A DNA stretch of 64,000 bases from positions 124,001 through 188,000 of the forward strand of contig QPMI01000549.1 in assembly GCA_004431415.1 (NCBI GenBank), written 5' to 3'. This stretch comes from Cyanophora paradoxa CCMP329. Lineage: Eukaryota; Plantae; Glaucophyta. Shown piece after piece: positions 60,403-64,000 of the stretch (position 1 is its first letter; each line of letters opens with the position of its first letter). The notes beneath the pieces are model-generated. The model saw nothing but the letters and a program-made list of their open reading frames with translations. It searched no databases and was not told the origin of the DNA. Both the position numbers and the translations under genes were made by a program.

Positions 60403-61323
60403 ATGGTCAAAGACAAGCATCGACGCTGCGCCAGGCTTACCTTTGACAGCAGAGACAGAAGGCCAATCGATTCAGAGGCAAACTTCGTGCTCGAAATCAA
60501 TGAACCGATAATCAATCCAGTTGCTGTTCGACTAACCCAGTGTGAGTTCGCAAACAGCCTTTACACCAGCATTAAAGCTGAGTATCTTTCCATCACCTTT
60601 CCCTACCTTGGAACGCAAAACGTGGAGGTGTTTGAGCCTGGCATAATTACGACTGCAAATCTGGGCGAAACAGATATTTACAACTTTGGCCTATCATTTA
60701 ATATTGAGCTAGAAGGTATTTCAATTGCGTATTTTAAACTATTTCGAGACCCAGAGACGCTGAAAATGTCTGCGTATTGCAACCGTTCCTGCACACTGAC
60801 CTGCCAGTTCAAAGCCTTATCGAATCTGCTCGGGCTGAACCGAAATGAGCCCCTCCAGCTGTCTCCTATTGTGCTTGAAGGGCCGCAAAGACCAGCAACT
60901 GCAGCTGAGCGGTATCTAGAGGTTGCTGGCATTCCAGTGACACCTGCTCACCCTGAGTACGGCGTGGATTTCACCGGAAGAATGCAGAGTATAGCACTTG
61001 GTTACGCCGTCGAATTTCCAAAGATAATCGACATGAACAGCGACCAGTACCTCTTCCTTGTCTGCGAAGAGCTACGGCCGTTTGCTTCGAAGCTTCGCCG
61101 TGGGGCTAAATCAATGTGTAATTACGGGCTCGCTCGAATCCAGATGAGCCAGGATGTTGGCAAGTTCGTTTATATAAATCAGGAAAATGACGAGTGGATC
61201 CACATCGAAGAGCGCCTGGTGCTGACCTCTTTGCGACTGCGCATTGTCGACAGAGATGGCGATGATGTATCACTGAATGGATTGCCATGGTCTGGGGAGC
61301 TCCAGTTCATCACTTATAATTAG
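60403..61323 (+). CDS. Minor capsid (penton-like) protein 2
   Basis: TFDSRDR..NFVLEINEPIINPVAVRL, YLFLVCEEL, LTSLRLRIVDRDG..LNGLPWSGELQF. Confidence 0.8.
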   Translation: MVKDKHRRCARLTFDSRDRRPIDSEANFVLEINEPIINPVAVRLTQCEFANSLYTSIKAEYLSITFPYLGTQNVEVFEPGIITTANLGETDIYNFGLSFNIELEGISIAYFKLFRDPETLKMSAYCNRSCTLTCQFKALSNLLGLNRNEPLQLSPIVLEGPQRPATAAERYLEVAGIPVTPAHPEYGVDFTGRMQSIALGYAVEFPKIIDMNSDQYLFLVCEELRPFASKLRRGAKSMCNYGLARIQMSQDVGKFVYINQENDEWIHIEERLVLTSLRLRIVDRDGDDVSLNGLPWSGELQFITYN

Positions 61324-61826
61324 AAGTTAAGTCGGAGAAATGGGTGATCCACTTCTGGAGTATTGGCAAGCGCATAGGCACGAGCAGCAGCCTCAGCTGA
61401 AGTAAAGTCACCAATTGTCTTCTGTTGGCCGTTGAAACGATATGAGGCTCTCCATTTATCAGAAGTTTTACGATATGTTACACCAATGAACCCGCTGGTG
61501 TTATTGTGTTGCTTGTTACGATTCATAGTCTGCTGTCGCTTTGTTGCTACTCGTAAGTTTTCACGTCTATTATCAAGTTTGTTTAAATTGATATGATCCA
61601 CTGTCAACCCTCTCTCAATATTCGGGTAAAGAAAATTATGCAATCCAATTGATCTTTTCTTTCCATCCAATTTCACATTGCTTTCTGCATAGCCATTGCC
61701 AGCATTCAAATGCCATTTCTTTTGAAACACTTTTTCAGCATCCTCTTGCGACACAAGGGCATAGGCTCTGATATTCCCTCGGTGATCGCGAAGTGGAACT
61801 GGTATTGCTCCATGAGGAATGTCCAT
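61320..61826 (-). CDS. HNH endonuclease with AP2 domain (copy 2)
   Basis: LHNFL..TVDHINLNKLDNRRENLR; NTSGFIGVTY..KWRASYRFNGQQKTIGDFTSAEAAARAY. Clear paralogue of 55919-56488. Confidence 0.92.
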   Translation of the reverse strand: MDIPHGAIPVPLRDHRGNIRAYALVSQEDAEKVFQKKWHLNAGNGYAESNVKLDGKKRSIGLHNFLYPNIERGLTVDHINLNKLDNRRENLRVATKRQQTMNRNKQHNNTSGFIGVTYRKTSDKWRASYRFNGQQKTIGDFTSAEAAARAYALANTPEVDHPFLRLNF

Positions 61827-61885
61827 TTCTACAGCTGGACTGCTCACCTTTTCAATTAGAAACCTTTGATCCCTTTAAGTCATAG

Positions 61886-62012
61886 CGAGTGGATCCACAT
61901 CGAAGAGCGCCTGGTGCTGACCTCTCTGCGACTGCGCATTGTCGACAGAGATGGTGATGACGTCTCTCTGAATGGCCTGCCTTGGTCTGGTGAACTGCAA
62001 TTTCTAGTTTAG
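61886..62012 (+). repeat. Orphan second copy of the last about 40 codons of minor capsid gene 2 (direct repeat of 61191-61308)
   Basis: Encodes the same EWIHIEERLVLTSLRLRIVDRDGDDVSLNGLPWSGELQF, then LV* instead of ITYN*. Confidence 0.95.
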
Positions 62013-63488
62013 GTAACGTCCCCGGAAATCAAGCCGGAACGCGTTCACATTTATAAATTCGTTTGTTATAATTTGCACATAGTTATACACCTGTGGGGTG
62101 ATCAAGTGCGAGTCACTATGCATTATATCGAAGCCTGTCATAGATGGGTTTGCAGCAAGCACATTGGATAGGACCGTATTTTCAAATAGTGACCCGTCTC
62201 GTAAATATCCTAAATTGGTCAGAATGCTGAAATTAAATAGGACTCCGGCGGCAAAGGCTGGCCCATACATAATTATTTGATGTAGCTCAAAAGGCTTAGG
62301 AAACTCGACTTTGATCCAGGGATTAGGTAAAGTGCCCCCTTGGAACCCTGTTGAGTTAGGTCGAACGTGAGAAGGTGGGTGCAATTCCTCAAAGTCGTTG
62401 CTTGTGATGTTTGCATCTGGAATTATAAACCAGTTGACATCAAATGGCGGCTCAACTGTTAAGGTAGACGATATGATAAGTCTCTCATCGTTCAGTAGGT
62501 CGTAGTTCGCCAGTAGAAAGCTGCAGAGTGCATTTATTTTAGCATTTATTTCGGTTTGTTTCAGCCATAAATCAGTCGTGGAAATCAAATAAGAAATATT
62601 CGAAGGGGAGGCATCATCAAGCTTGCTCATAACTGCAGCTGGCAGCGGAACACTTAAACGCCAGTATCTAGTTAAATTTCTATCTGCATCAACTGGAAGC
62701 AGCTCCTGCATTTGAAAGTGCGATTCCAGCTCGCTCCCAGCCATTAGCATAGAAATAATTGGGCTGCCTGAGAGGGATAAGATCCAGCCCAGGGCGCCCC
62801 AGCCTGACGTCTCCGCATTCGAAAAGCCTGCAGTCAGTTGCTCACTGGCTTGGACCTCACCACAGCTGATGCTCACAAGAACAATTGGATCCTCTGCATC
62901 ATAAATTTTGCTGGCGTGGCTTAGCGCTGCAACTGAGGGATTATTTAAACAGGCGATGGCCCCATCAACAAGGTTTTTGTCTCCTAGAACCTTCGGTGGA
63001 AAGAATGTTGGCGCTGCAGAAGATGCTCTAACTGCATCACGAATCAGCGTGCTCGAGTATGGCCCATCTTTGGTGAAAACTACGGGCTGCATCCGAACTG
63101 TATCAAACGCTGTAATTAATATGTCTTTGGTCGATTCTGCAATTGTGTAGTCTAGGGCAACGTCTGTGAGCACCGACTCCAGAGGGTTTCCATCATAGCG
63201 GCTTCCTGAGAGCAAGCTTGTGAGTGATCTCGGATTTGCGAATATTACAGGTAGGTTCGTTTGATATAAACTGAAGATATCACCTGCAGAATATCGATAA
63301 GCGAGAACAGAGCCTGGAGTTGATGGGATAGCCAAACCGGCCGCTATTATTGCCCCTGTTGAGGTGCCTGCAAAGAAATCAAACAGCTGTGGAATTGCTT
63401 TCCCAGTAATCGCCTCGATCCGCTGTAGAATTCGGGCAATGACTATGCCACGAGCACCTCCACCTGATAGTGAGAGAATGACCTTCAT
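62004..63488 (-). CDS. Patatin-like phospholipase with C-terminal beta-rich extension
   Basis: SLSGGGARG, FDFFAGTSTG, RASSAAPTFF, VDGA..NNP. Confidence 0.93.
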   Translation of the reverse strand: MKVILSLSGGGARGIVIARILQRIEAITGKAIPQLFDFFAGTSTGAIIAAGLAIPSTPGSVLAYRYSAGDIFSLYQTNLPVIFANPRSLTSLLSGSRYDGNPLESVLTDVALDYTIAESTKDILITAFDTVRMQPVVFTKDGPYSSTLIRDAVRASSAAPTFFPPKVLGDKNLVDGAIACLNNPSVAALSHASKIYDAEDPIVLVSISCGEVQASEQLTAGFSNAETSGWGALGWILSLSGSPIISMLMAGSELESHFQMQELLPVDADRNLTRYWRLSVPLPAAVMSKLDDASPSNISYLISTTDLWLKQTEINAKINALCSFLLANYDLLNDERLIISSTLTVEPPFDVNWFIIPDANITSNDFEELHPPSHVRPNSTGFQGGTLPNPWIKVEFPKPFELHQIIMYGPAFAAGVLFNFSILTNLGYLRDGSLFENTVLSNVLAANPSMTGFDIMHSDSHLITPQVYNYVQIITNEFINVNAFRLDFRGRYLN

Positions 63489-63511
63489 TTTTAAAAGGGG
63501 CTTATATAAAA

Positions 63512-64000
63512 ATGTCCTACATCTTGAAGAAGCCAGTACCACTTCGTAAAGCTCCAGATTTTGTGGATGATCGGCATATAAATATTCGCGTATTTGGGAG
63601 TACTCTAATTGACTACAATGCTGACAAAGATATACACCAGACTGAGTTTAATCGCCCAGCTGCATTAATTCTGCGCAACGCACATGTTGGCGCCCCAGAT
63701 ATTGCACAGAGATTTTGTCTGGGTCCAGCTGAGAATTATGTTGCTGAAATAATCGGATCCAGGGCGTTGCCGCGGCACCTGCGAATTGCCTCCTCAGGCA
63801 CAGTTTCCAAATATGATTCTGGTAGATTAATCTTTAGGCTCCAAAATGATAGAGGGGTCCACACATCAGCTCTACGTCTAATTGATGAATCCAATGCTGT
63901 CACAAACAAGACTGCGGCTCACATTACAGGGCGAATTCTCCTTGGCGAAGAGTCGCAGACAAGCCGAAGGCAAGGAGCCACTTGTGCTCCGCACAGCGAC
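63512..64000 (+). CDS. Hypothetical viral protein, truncated by window end
   Basis: Open frame from TATAAAAATG (MSYILKKPVPLR...) with no stop before 64000; absent from the ORF track because it has no stop. Confidence 0.55.
   Translation, partial: MSYILKKPVPLRKAPDFVDDRHINIRVFGSTLIDYNADKDIHQTEFNRPAALILRNAHVGAPDIAQRFCLGPAENYVAEIIGSRALPRHLRIASSGTVSKYDSGRLIFRLQNDRGVHTSALRLIDESNAVTNKTAAHITGRILLGEESQTSRRQGATCAPHSD

Larger units (their letters stand above)
48840..64000. mobile_element. Endogenous Polinton-like virus / Maverick-type element (left part)
   Basis: Sharp loss of host homology at ...GTCCTCCAG|TGTTGTACA, drop in GC, intronless tightly packed ORFs encoding pPolB, rve integrase, packaging ATPase, MCP and minor capsids. 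Confidence 0.95.

Noticed and set aside
61191-62012. Diversity-generating retroelement TR/VR pair
   Set aside because: Differences are all synonymous and not adenine-specific, and no reverse transcriptase is in the window.

Overview
Eukaryotic DNA from a very GC-rich, intron-dense protist or alga (host not identifiable from this window alone). Positions 1-48.8 kb are host chromosome: the 5' part of a GNL1-like GTPase gene, a 33-exon cytosolic (IRP1/AcnA-type) aconitase, an RCC1-repeat protein, two BTB/POZ paralogues, an alpha-actinin-like gene, an unknown multi-exon gene with a CENP-C-like motif, and an ADCY10-like cyclase-STAND NTPase. This part also holds two pseudogenic partial gene duplications and two non-autonomous TIR elements with intact TSDs. 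Introns often use GC donors and carry a recurrent GTACCC motif. From 48,840 to the window end lies an AT-richer, intronless endogenous Polinton-like virus (right end not in window). It has a subterminal tandem-repeat array, protein-primed PolB, rve integrase, packaging ATPase, double-jelly-roll major capsid, two divergent minor capsid genes, two HNH-AP2 endonucleases and a patatin phospholipase. The most notable signals are: (1) an HNH-AP2 cassette that appears to have inserted into the 3' end of a minor capsid gene carrying a synonymously recoded replacement C-terminus; (2) a dispersed covarying hairpin element that forms inverted repeats around the penton/HNH/patatin block; (3) a CENP-C motif in an orphan protein. 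All assignments come from motif recognition by eye; no searches were run.
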